A stretch of 64,000 bases of DNA. Source: the human T2T-CHM13v2.0 reference genome, Homo sapiens. The DNA lies in assembly GCA_009914755.4 (NCBI GenBank), contig CP086569.2, positions 1,280,001 to 1,344,000 of the forward strand, in the 5' to 3' direction. Position numbers and translations under genes: made by a program. The notes beneath the pieces are model-generated. The model did not search any database. It was not told the origin of the DNA and saw only the letters and a list, made by a program, of their open reading frames with translations. Of the stretch, positions 37,261 through 55,679 are shown piece by piece. Positions within the stretch are counted from its first letter, which is position 1, and every line of letters begins with the position of its first letter.

Positions 37261-38089
37261 GGGTTTGGAGATGAGGGTCCCCGCGAGAATGCTCGGAGGG
37301 GTATGGATATGGGGGTCCCCGCGGGCCGGGTGGGAAGGGCGGGGAGATGGGTGGGGGGGGGGGTCCCCGCGTGCCTGGTGGGAGGGGCGTGGAGAAGGTG
37401 GGGGTCCTTGTGGGAGGGGCGTGGACACTGGGGATCCGCGCGGGCGTGGTGATGGGCGCGGCGTGGGGACCCCCTGGGGGCGCGGTGCTGGGGGCGCAGG
37501 GATGGGACCAGGGCGGGCGCTGTGAGGTGGGGGACGCCCGGCTGTGCCTTCCCTCCCTAAACGGAGCCCACCTCCAGGGCAGCGGGTCCCTTGCGCGCCG
37601 CAGGCTGCAGGGGGCGCGCGTGAGCTGTGCGAGGATTTTTCTTAAACCCCAGAGCCCAGCCGCACCTGCTCCACATAAACCCAGCGTGGCGTGGAGACTC
37701 CGGGCACTGTTTCCCCAGCCTTTGTGACTCAAAAGATTTTAAAATAAAATGTCAAAAATAATAATATACCCAGAGCCTATGCCAGTGATGTGTAGATGCA
37801 GAAAATGGAATCCTACAGTTAATTTTGTTAACTGTGGAATGACATCCGAGGGTGTCCAACACATTACGGAGAAAACGAAAAACTGTAGTCAGAGAAGTCA
37901 CAGAAGAGCCAAATAAAAGAGAGGAAAAAAGCATCTAAACCATGTGATGTCTGATTTTCAATATTGTGAGTTTTTGAAAAAAAATTTTAAAAAGCACATA
38001 GATTCACATTTCAGAATTTTGGAGAAGTAACTTTCTTCGTTTTGAAGCGATAGAAGGAATCATAAGTTTATAAACTGTACTGCATATAA

Positions 38090-38445
<356 letters not shown>

Positions 38446-38559
38446 GCGGGTGAGATATTAAACATAAAGAAAAATAGCAAAGGAAATTACAGTAATTCTC
38501 TATAGAAGATGAAGTGAAGGCTGCCTCTTCCTACACGGGTACAGGCAAAGCTGGAGGGT

Positions 38560-39290
38560 TTAGTGACCTACAGTGGGGGTTGCTGGTAACTGTCACTCAA
38601 AACCCTGGGGCTTAAAACAGCAAAACTTAATTGTATTACAGCTCTGGAGCCCAGACATCTGAAATCAAGGAATAGGCAGGGCCACGCTCCCTCCGAAGGC
38701 TCTAGGGGAGGGTCCTTCCTGCCTCTCCCGCTCCTGGGGGCTCCAGGCATCCCTGGGCTTGTGGCCGCATCACTCTAGTCTCTGCCTCCGTCTCTACGTG
38801 GGTTTCTCTGTGTCTGTGTCTCCTCTTCTGTCTCTTACAAGGACACCTGTCATTGTGTTTAGGGCCCGTCCTTCTCCAGGATGATCTCATCTCCAGATTG
38901 TTAATCATATCTGCAAAGATCCTTTTTCCAAATGAGGTCCCATTCCCAGGCTCTGGGGCTTAGGACATGGACATATGGTTTGGAGCTCACCATCTAAACC
39001 ATTGCAATTGTGTTTGCTTCCTTCTGGAGGCTCTAGGGGAGGGTGCTTCCTGCCTCTTCCAGCTCCTGGGGGCTCCAGGCATCCCTGGGCTTGTGGCCGC
39101 ATCACTGCAGTCTCTGCCTCCATCTCCACGTGGCCTTCTCCTCTGTGTCTGTGTCTCCTCTTCTGTCTCTTACAAGGACACCTGTCATTGGACTTAGGGT
39201 CCACCTTAATCCAGCATGATATCTTGAAATCATGAACTAATTGCACATGTGAGGACCCTATTTCCAAATAAGGTGCCATTCACCAGGTGG
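38560..39290 (-). mobile_element. Two tandem MaLR (MLT1-like) LTR fragments, antisense
   Basis: The ggctctaggggagggtccttcctgcctct...tacaaggacacctgtcattg segment is repeated at about 38690 and about 39030. Confidence 0.55.
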
Positions 39291-39524
39291 ACGTATCTAT
39301 GGGGAGGCACGAATCAACTCAGTCCCCCATACCAGCATTCCAGAAGGAGTGCTAACCAGAGATGGGGTCCAGCAGCCTTTAACATGCCTGTATTTATCCC
39401 TATAAGTTCTCCATTACGGCCACATCATTGAAACCCCAGCAGGCAGAGGTTTAACTGCTCTGGAGCCCTGACTACTGCAGCCTCCTCCTGCTCTCAATGT
39501 GCCCTTCCGTGACTTTCAGATTTT

Positions 39525-40160
<636 letters not shown>

Positions 40161-40169
40161 ACCAATGCC

Positions 40170-40470
40170 TGTCGTTAATAAGCAACCCAGTCTATGGTAT
40201 TCTGTGATAGCAGCCTGCAATGGACTAAGACATCTGATAAGAAGAGGAGAAGAGGAGCTGAAGACACAGACACACATGGAGGGACGACCCTGTGAGGACA
40301 CAGGGAGAAGACAGCGTCTCCAAGCCCAGGAGAGAGGCCTCAGGAGGAGCCAGCCTTGCCCACACCTTGACCTCAGACCTCCAGCCTCCAGGACTGTGGA
40401 AGAATCGATGTCTGTTGTCTAAGCTGTACAGCGTACAGGACTTTGCTATGGCAACCCCAGCAAACTCATA
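40170..40470. mobile_element. MaLR (MLT1-like) LTR fragment, + orientation from 40216, with a short inverted piece at 40170-40215
   Basis: Same core as 8400-8730. Confidence 0.55.
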
Positions 40471-40839
40471 CACCCCGTCCCACCAGGCTGGGCTTCCATC
40501 CTTAATGTTCTGTTTTGCATTGAGCCAGCATTGCATGGTTGGAGGTTCAAAGATTCTCAAATGTGTGCATGTGTGTGGGTTTTGTGTAATTCAGTTGCCA
40601 GCAACTGAGGAGATCCTACCGTCCAGGAGACACCTGGCAATGTCTGAAGATATTTTTGGCCATCACGTCTGGAGGTGTGCGTGCAGTGCAGGGGTGCTGC
40701 TCCCATCTGGTGGGTGGAGCCCAGGGTCTCTGCTCAGCACCGTACAGTGCCCAGGATGGCCCCACCACAGAGAGTCCTCCAGCCCCAAATGTCAGCTGTG
40801 CTGAGGTGGGGGAACCCTGAGTCAGCATGAGAGGGTTTG

Positions 40840-45790
<4,951 letters not shown>

Positions 45791-45959
45791 GGTGTTTTGT
45801 TTGTTTGGTTTTTTGTTTGTTTCCAGCAGGATAAATGGACCAAGACAAGGAGCCTATGAAGAGGATAAGACATTGGATCCAGCATAAAATGGGATCTGTG
45901 TTTAAAATGCAAGCCCTGCAGAAATCAGAGACAGAAACACATTTGCCCTGTGCACTTCA

Positions 45960-48846
45960 AAGCTCATGTTTTTTTTAATGTTTTATTTTTATTTTTTACA
46001 GAGATGAGTTCTCACTGTGTTGCCTAGGTTGGCCCTTGAACACCCGGACTCAATCAGTCCTCCCGCCTGAGCCTCCCAAAGTGCTGAGATTACCGGCATG
46101 AGCTGCCACGCCTTGATGGAGGCTGAGACTTTTTGGAATCCCTCCCTCTCTCCATGTCCTGCCAAGAACAGAAGTAAAGTTTTCCATCTTAAAACATGTG
46201 TGTGAGTCAATAGACCTGTGTTATCTTTTCACTCAAAGCTCAACCAGTGAACAGACTGAGTCAGCTTCCAGGAAACATCCACGGCTGTAAGAGGGGGTGT
46301 CGGCTGCTCTCCATAGCCAAGTGGCTGCAAAAATCATCATACTGACAAAAAAAAAAATCGACGCATTTTGCCTGCTTGCAACGTCTTCCTTTGCTGGGGG
46401 ACGTCAGGGTTCTCGCACGTTGTCGAGGAAGGATATTGTCTCGGCTTCCTCTGACTCAAGCTCTCATTTTTGTTTACAAGGCAGTTTAGGGATCGTCCGT
46501 GCGTTACTGTGAAGATGCTACTCTGAGGTTTTTCACAGTTTTTTTTCCCCCATGAGACACACCCAAGGCCCACGCTCAGCACTTGCGACCTGTACTCCTG
46601 CAGCCTGGATGCTTCTGTATCAGCTTTGCTTTCTAGGGTTCAGCTTTGGAACAGTCTAGAGAAGCAGGAGGTTAATTTTCCTCCTTCTGTGGAAGTTCTG
46701 GGTCTCTTACGCATCCTCCAGTTCCCCCTGGAGGCTCTAGGGGAGGATCCTTCCTGCCTCTCCCAGCTCCTGGGGGCTCCAGGTGTCCCTGGGCTTGTGG
46801 CCGCATCACTCCAGTCTGCCTCTGTCTCCACGTGTCCTCCTGCTCTGTGTCTGTGTCTCCTCTTCTGTCTCTTGGAAGGACACCTGTCATGGCATTTAGG
46901 GTGCTTAATAATCCAGCACAATCTCATCTTCATATCCTTAAGTAATTACACATGCAAAGTTCCTTATTACCGAATAAAATCTATAATAATTTCAGGTTCT
47001 GGGCTTTAAAACAAGACATGTCTTTCTGGGGCAACTGTTTAGTGCACTCTGCAATTGTATCCAGTTCCCTCCAGAGACTCTAGGGGAGGGTCCTTCCTGC
47101 CTCTCCCAGCTCCTGGGGACTCCAGGCATCCCTGGGCTTGGGGCAGCATCACTTCAGTCTCTGCCTCTGTCTTTATGTGGCCTCCTGCTTTGTGTCTGTG
47201 TCTCCTCTTCCGTCTCTCATAGGGACACTGGATTGGGCCCATTGTAAATGCAGTATGGCCTCGCCTTACTTAATTACATTTGGAAAGACCCGATTTTCAA
47301 ACATGGTCCCATCCTGATGTTCCAGGTGGACACGGGTTTGGGAATGATAATTCATTACTAAACCATCTCTGTTTTCCTGCCATAGTGATGACGGCAGGAG
47401 AGAGGCACCAATAGAGGGCCTCCGAACAGCAGCTTCAGCCTCCATCAGCGTCCCCAGTGCACAGAAAGGGAGGGGCCGGGCATCCAAGGCCACCCACTGC
47501 GGAGACGCAGAGCCCGTGGGCAGACAGGCAGCTCTCCCACTCCCACCTCCAGAATGGTCTTTCTCGCCCAAGAGAGCCTGGGATCCAATTCCACGTGATG
47601 TCCCAGCACCCCTGGAGAGTCAGAGCTCTTCTTTGCGCTAAACCAGCTCAGGTGTTGGGGCTGGTGCAGGCACATGCCGTGTAGAAGAAGACAGACAAAG
47701 ACCCAGCCTGCTCACCACCCACACAGCAGGGAGGGGGCTCAGCGGCTGACACCCCTGTAGGTTCCTGGGGTCCACACCTGCATCTGCTGCTTGGTCTCCA
47801 AACGGTCTCATGGGTCAGGCCAGTTGCCTGCTTCCTGGACTCCAGATGGACTTGCCATGGCTGAGGCTCTCCATGGGGTAAAAGGACGCGGAGAATGGGC
47901 AGGAGGTGGGGAACTCCCGAATCAAGCTGCACCCTTGTGTTGGGATGGGCTGGACCCCATCTCACGGAGCCTCCTTTCCGCACCTGGGCCTCCCGTGGTC
48001 CTTGTCCTGAGTCACGGAAGCCTGAGTGTGTTCCAGGGGCCTGATGGGACCTCCTTCTCTATCAGGGACTCACAGAAGCAGAATAGGGGTGGGGTCCCAC
48101 CAAGCCAGGCCAGAACAAATGTGCCAAAAATCACCTTGGTCAGCAACAGGGTGGGGTGTGTGTGTGGGGGGAAGTGGGCACGGAGAGTAGCTGACTTGCA
48201 GGAGCCCCAGGCGCTCCTCTGAAAGAAGAATTCCAACCACAGCAACCACAGTGCCCCTGAGTGAAATAAACAGAAATTTCGGCGTGCACCGGGCTACGGA
48301 GACCAGAACCCCTGGAGGAGAATGGAGAAGGCCAGAACCACAACTAAGGGACGATGTCAGCAGGGAGAAGAGCTGGGAATGGGGCTCGCAGTTCGCCCAC
48401 GGAGGATATCCAGAAACCGAGTCGGGTAGGCGGTGGGGCTGGTTGAATATCCACCCTCGGGTATGGACAGGTGTGAGGAGTGTCTAAGGAGCTCGGGGGT
48501 GACAGCCCAGCTCTACTAAAAAAAATACAAAAATTAGCCGGGCGTGGTGACACAAGCTGTCCCCTGACACAGAGAGGCAGAGGCACCCTCTGCAGGATAA
48601 CAAGCACCCTGTGCGCTGCTGGGCTTTGCTTGTTTCTCTACCCTGAGTGAAGCCTGGAGACCCTTCCTCACCGGTGCCTCTGCAGTGCCTGGGAGGAATA
48701 AAGCCTGGAGACCCTTCCCCACCGGGCCTCTGCAGTGCCTGGGAGCAACGCAGCTGTTCTCCCTGAACCTCTGGCACCGTGGCCTCTCCATGCGCCCCTG
48801 GATCTCCAAGCTGCGCCCCCGGCTCTCCAAGCTGCGCCCCCGGGAC
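45960..48846 (-). other. P2RY8: P2RY8 3' UTR (extent approximate). Candidate poly(A) signals on the minus strand near 45.98 kb, alternatively near 44.70 kb
   Basis: Unique, non-repetitive sequence downstream of the stop. Minus-strand AATAAA (plus-strand TTTATT) occurs at about 45982 and in the 44690-44710 T-rich tract. The 3' end cannot be fixed from sequence alone. Confidence 0.3.
46640..47240 (-). mobile_element. Two MaLR (MLT1-like) LTR fragments, antisense
   Basis: Same ctctaggggagggtccttcctgcctctcccagctcctggggg...tcttacaaggacacctgtcat core as 38560-39290. Confidence 0.5.
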
Positions 48847-49926
48847 TCAGAACACACTCTCCTGCCTCTGGAGGCCGGGCCTGGTGGCTCCCTCCATCCC
48901 TTCAGGGTGCGCACCGGCCTCGGAGCGCACGGACGTGGTCCTGGCGGAGAAGAGGCTCTCGCGGCGCGTGTCCAGGGTGTCTCTGGGCACCCGGCGGCAG
49001 CCCAAATATTCCCGCAGGCGCAGCTGGAATTCCCGGGACGCAAAGTAATAAACAAACGGGTCCAGACAGTTGTTGAGGCAGCTGAGACACAGCGTGAGCT
49101 TGTACACGTGGTAGTAGCTCTTGCCGTAGAACAGGCGGCTCACGATGTGCGCCAGGAGCACGAAGTTGTTGGGGGCGAAGCAGGTGACAAAGGCCAGCAA
49201 GACCACCGCGGCCAGGCCCACCGCGCGCCTCCGCTGCTCCCGGCCGTGCGCCTCCTCCGTGCGCAACAGCTTGAGGATGGTGGCCGTGTAACAAGCCACG
49301 GTGATCACGAACGGGATGAGGAACAGCAGGATGAAGATGGTGAAGAGGAACACGGCCCACATGGCCACGCTGGGGAGCATCGTCCACTTGAGGACGTCGA
49401 AGCAGGTGATGATGCCCAGGGCGTGCACCGGGTAGGTGAGATCGGTGCGCGCCAGCGGGGACAGGGCGGTCAGGAGCAGCAGCCAGGTCCCTGCACACGC
49501 GGCCACCGCGTAACGACGGCGGCGCCAGCGCTTGGAGCTGAGCGGGTACAGGACCCCCAGGAAGCGCTCCACGCTGATACAGGTCATGGTGAGGATGCTG
49601 GAATACATGTTTGCGTAAAAGGCCACGGTCACCACGTTGCAAAGCAGCACCCCGAATACCCAGTGGTGGCGGTTGCAATGGTAGTAGATTTGGAAAGGCA
49701 ACACGCTGGCCAGCATCAGGTCCGTGACGCTCAGGTTGATCATGAAGATGACCGACGGGGATCTGGGCCCCATGCGCCGGCACAGCACCCACAGAGAGAA
49801 GAGGTTGCCCGGGATGCTGACCGCCGCCACCAGCGAGTACACCACGGGCAGGGCCACCGCGATCGCCGGGTTCCGCAGCATCTGCAGCGTCGCGTTGTCC
49901 GGGCCGGTGCTGTTCGGGACCTGCAT
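48847..49926 (-). CDS. P2RY8: P2RY8 complete coding sequence: class A (P2Y-like) GPCR, 359 aa, MQVPNSTGPDNATLQ...LQRQESVF. Stop TGA at 48849-48847
   Basis: Single long minus-strand ORF with 7-TM hallmarks (N-glycosylation sites in the N-terminus, DRY-like ERF motif, NPxxY-like DPFVYY) and a P2RY8-type N-terminus. The start is set at the first ATG downstream of the splice acceptor. Confidence 0.9.
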   Translation of the reverse strand: MQVPNSTGPDNATLQMLRNPAIAVALPVVYSLVAAVSIPGNLFSLWVLCRRMGPRSPSVIFMINLSVTDLMLASVLPFQIYYHCNRHHWVFGVLLCNVVTVAFYANMYSSILTMTCISVERFLGVLYPLSSKRWRRRRYAVAACAGTWLLLLTALSPLARTDLTYPVHALGIITCFDVLKWTMLPSVAMWAVFLFTIFILLFLIPFVITVACYTATILKLLRTEEAHGREQRRRAVGLAAVVLLAFVTCFAPNNFVLLAHIVSRLFYGKSYYHVYKLTLCLSCLNNCLDPFVYYFASREFQLRLREYLGCRRVPRDTLDTRRESLFSARTTSVRSEAGAHPEGMEGATRPGLQRQESVF

Positions 49927-49950
49927 CCTGGAGGGGTCCTCGCCCGGGCT
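49927..49950 (-). other. P2RY8: 5' UTR portion of the P2RY8 coding exon. The acceptor ccttcccttccctccttcccttgcag|AGCCCGGG uses AG at 49952-49951
   Basis: Strong polypyrimidine tract plus AG immediately upstream of the annotated ATG. The upstream in-frame Met at 49977 lies in intron sequence beyond this acceptor. Confidence 0.75.
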
Positions 49951-50059
49951 CTGCAAGGGAAGGAGGGAAGGGTGCACGGGTCAGGGGCGCAGGTAAAGAG
50001 GCGGCTGCCGGGAGGGCTCCTGAGCGCCGCTCCCCGGGGACCAAGGCGGGGGAGATGCT

Positions 50060-50290
50060 TTAGCAGGGCCTGCTGTCTCCTCCCTCCCTCCCTCCCTCCC
50101 TTAGTTCCTCCTTCCCTCTCCTCCTTCCTTCCCTCCCTCTCTGCCTCCTTTCTTCACCCTGTGTCATTCTTTTCTTCTTTCCTGTCTTCTCCCCTTTCTT
50201 CTTCCTTCCTCCTCTCTCCTTCCTTCTCTTCTTCCCTCCTTCCTTCCTTCCTTCCTTCCCGCCCTCCCTCCCTCCCGTCCTTCCTTGGAT
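50060..50290. repeat. (CCTTCC)n / (CCTCCCT)n pyrimidine tract. It is purine-rich (GGAAGG)n on the P2RY8 pre-mRNA, 110-340 nt upstream of the coding-exon acceptor
   Basis: Direct inspection. Confidence 0.85.
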
Positions 50291-51064
50291 CAGGGAGGTC
50301 ATTGGAGACCTCGGCCCACGTCAGAGGCTGAGACTCTTAGATGATCCACAGTGGGGCTGTGGCTCCCCTGGGCAGGTTGAATGCATTGTCATACAAACCT
50401 CAAGACTCAGTGTCCCCCGTGGACGGAAACCACAAAGCCACCGTCAGCCCCCAGGGTGGTCTTAATGGGAATTCTTGACACCCTGGCAGTATTAGTCTGG
50501 GTATGAGTCCTCTCATCTCAGGGGCATCCACCCACAAAGTGTCTATCAGCAGAAAACACACACTCCGAGTGCCAGGAGACCAACCCGCAGCCTCCAAAGT
50601 CTTTCCAGCTTTTAACACCCGCGTCAACCCACGGCTCCTCCCTGCTCTTTCTTCCTCCAGAGGAGACCTGCGACTTCTTACCAACTGCTCTACAAACAGC
50701 TTCCTCAAGCTGGCTTTAAAATGGCCCGGAGTTTTCGTTTCAGTTTCAGGGAGAAGTTTTCTGACCCGCCGGTCCGTGCCCAGGTGTGAAACCTACAGTT
50801 ATGCACGAGTCAGCACCGCTCCCCACGGCCAGCTGGGCACCTCCAGCCACCTATGGCTTCAGGAGGAAAAGCAGACCCTTCCTTCTTTGGGTTCCGCTTG
50901 GTGTGGCCGTGGGGGACGTCTGGAAGGAGAGACGCTTTATCCATGAGCTGGTGATGAAAAAGTGTCTGTCAAAGGGACACTACTTTTATTTTGAGAATGT
51001 AAAGTGGACAGAGCTGGAAACAGGGGTGCCCTGGAATTGTTCTTTTGTTTGTTTGTTTTATAGA

Positions 51065-51600
51065 TATGGGGTCTTGCCTTGTTGCCCAGGCTGGAGGGCA
51101 GTAGTGCAAACGTAACTCACTGCAGCCTCCAACGCCTGGCCTCAAGCAATCCTCCTGCCTCAGCCTCCTGAGTAGTTGGGACTACAGGTGAGAGTACAAC
51201 CACGCCCAGCTAATATTTTTATTTTTTGTAGATACAGAGTTTTGCTATGTTTCCCAGGCTGGTCTCAAACTCCTGGCCTCAAGCAATCCTCCTGCCTCAG
51301 CCTCCTGAGTAGCTGGGACTACAGGTGACAGTACCTCCGTGCCCAGCTAACATTTTTATTTTTTATAGATACACAGTTTTGCTACATTTCCCAGGCTGGT
51401 CTCAAACTCCTGGCCTCAAGCAATCCTCCTGAGTACCTGGGACTGCAGGTGCATGCCACCCTGCCCAGCTAATATTTTTATTTTCTGTAGACATGGGGTT
51501 TGGCTATGTTGCCCAGGCTGGTCTCAAACTCCTGGCCTCAAGCAATCCTCCTGCCTCGGCCTCCCAAAGCATTGGGATTACAGGTGTGAGCAACACACCT
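51065..51600 (-). repeat. Tandem array of about four ~120-bp Alu-monomer-like (FLAM/FRAM-type) units
   Basis: The unit tttttattttttgtagatacagagttttgctatgtttcccaggctggtctcaaactcctggcctcaagcaatcctcctgcctcagcctcctgagtagctgggactacaggtg is repeated with about 120-bp spacing. Confidence 0.65.
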
Positions 51601-52079
51601 GGGCTGGAATTTGTTGCTTTAACTCTCCACGTAGGCAGCAGTGCCTCGCACACATTTAAACACCACGTGCTGTTGAAAGTCCTACGATGGCGGCCTCACC
51701 CGGCCACCCTCGTGTCTGTACCTGTGTGGTCTGGGGATCCAGCAAGCAGCCTCTTGGCAGCCAGATCTGTTGCCATTTCGAGTCTGTGCCCTGTGGCCAC
51801 CGGACAGCCCCCGGGGAAGACAGACAGCCAGGACTGCTGAGGAACGCGCATGACTAATCAAGAAATTACCTCTAACTGATGCCAGCTGCCCTGACACAGG
51901 AGGCACAGGCTTGCGGTTTGGGCCCCGCCGGGGCTCAGCGGGCAGGATGGAAATTTTAGAAAATCAGCACAACGGTTGTTCTTGGCGGTGTCTGGCCTGC
52001 AGAGGTGGCTGTCCAGAAATTTCTGGGCACTGAATTGTCTGAAGCAACGGACAGACCACAGGTGGGCGCTCAGGGGCTG

Positions 52080-52544
52080 TAGGTGGGACCCTCCTCTCCT
52101 CTCTCCTCTCTCCTCTCTCCCCTCTCTCCTCTCCCCTCTCCCCTCTCCCCTCTCCCCTCCCCTTCCCTCTCCCCTCTCCCCTCCCCTTCCCTCTCCCCTC
52201 TCCCCTCCCCTTCCCTCTCCCCTCTCCCCTCCCCTTCCCTCTCCCCTCTCCCCTCCCCTTCCCTCTCCCCTCTCCTTCCCTCTCCCCTCTCCCCTCCCCT
52301 TCCCTCTCCCCTCTCCCCTCCCCTTCCCTCTCCCCTCACCCCTCCCCTTCCCTCTCCCCTCTCCCCTCCCCTTCCCTCTCCCCTCTCCCCTCCCCTTCCT
52401 TCTCCTTCCCTCTCCCCTCTCCTTCCCTCTCCCCTTCCCTCTCTCCTCTCCTTCCCTCTCTCCTCTCCTTCCCTCTCTCCTCTCCTTCCCTCTCTCCTCT
52501 CCTTCCCTCTCTCCTCTCCTTTCCTCTCCCCTCTCCCCTCTTTT

Positions 52545-52550
<6 letters not shown>
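52080..52550. repeat. (CCTCT)n / (CCCCT)n pyrimidine microsatellite
   Basis: Direct inspection. It is the source of the GEGRG/PLSPL artefact ORFs. Confidence 0.9.
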
Positions 52551-54968
<2,418 letters not shown>

Positions 54969-55679
54969 GTGTTCCTGATTCTTGGCTATTGTGCATAAAG
55001 CTGCTCTTCCCTCATTCCCAGCCCTGGGAACCCCTTTCTAAAGGGTTCAGATGCTGAGTGCAGTGATCACTACAGTCTTGTTCCGGGTGGACCTTACAGG
55101 GTTGGGATGAGAAATAGACAAAAGGCGTCTCCTCGTGGGCAGCAGGGATTGCATGCCGGTGACAGACCCTTTTTTGCCAGCTATTGTCTTCTGGCTATAA
55201 CCACCCCTCTTTCCTGAGTGCTGGGGGCTGTCCCAGCTGTTGAACACACAGGGGAGTGAGAGGCCCCAGCCCTAAGGAACCACAAGCCAGCCCCGTGCTT
55301 GTTGTCTGCTCTCCTTTCTGTTTTCTGGGGGTGTTTGCACCACCCAGTTTGTGGTTCTTTTGATAGGGCTGCCTCAGGAGGCCCTCAACCCCAAAGACAG
55401 CAAATGGCACTCTGTTGGAGCTGTGGATTTGGAAGACAAAACAGACGCTGGCTTCAATTACCTACTTTGATTATGTAGAAGGAAGTTGTCGTGGGCCACA
55501 CCCTGGCTGATACTCTCGGTATTATGGCCATTTCTTACTTAGAAATAGGGTCTGCGTCTATGTCATTAGTGAAGTCAAAATGTGGTCATAATAGAGTAGG
55601 GAGAGGCCCTAATAAAATTCACTGGTGTCCTTAGGAGAAAGAAATTTAGGCACAGACACAGAGAGAAGGCATGGGAAGA

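Larger units (their letters stand above)
35650..37650 (-). promoter_or_regulatory. ASMTL: ASMTL CpG-island promoter region. It holds exon 1 and, upstream of it, two G-rich minisatellites
   Basis: Very high GC and CpG density (runs of CGCG, GCGCGC) surrounding the first coding exon. No TATA box is evident, as is typical of CpG-island promoters. Confidence 0.6.

Noticed and set aside
36140-37732. 530-aa and 337-aa minus-strand ORFs and 326-332-aa plus-strand ORFs across the ASMTL promoter minisatellites.
   Set aside because: They are translation of the 38-bp and 60-bp GC-rich tandem repeats (periodic PRPSHQARGHPHLHAPPTRPVDTPISTPLPPGPWTPPS... / GVSTGLVGGAWRWGCPRAWWEGRGDGGVHGPGGRGVEM...). A GC-rich, stop-poor sequence gives spurious ORFs.
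49927-49977. An upstream in-frame Met (MHPSLLPLQSPGEDPSRMQV...) would extend P2RY8 by 17 aa.
   Set aside because: A strong polypyrimidine-AG splice acceptor at 49952-49951 places 49953-49977 in the intron. The first ATG within the exon is at 49926, giving the expected 359-aa protein.
48685-50331. 548-aa plus-strand ORF antisense to P2RY8, and the 380-aa minus-strand ORF (48902-50044) in an alternative frame.
   Set aside because: They are GC-rich, stop-depleted frames overlapping a genuine GPCR coding exon. They have no conserved domain signature and no plausible start or splice context. The P2RY8 frame fully explains the region.
50347-50353. A CACAGTG heptamer as a functional cryptic RSS.
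   Set aside because: The heptamer alone occurs by chance about once per 8 kb per strand. I see no adjacent nonamer at 12 or 23 bp. It is kept only as a low-weight note in the intron 1 finding.
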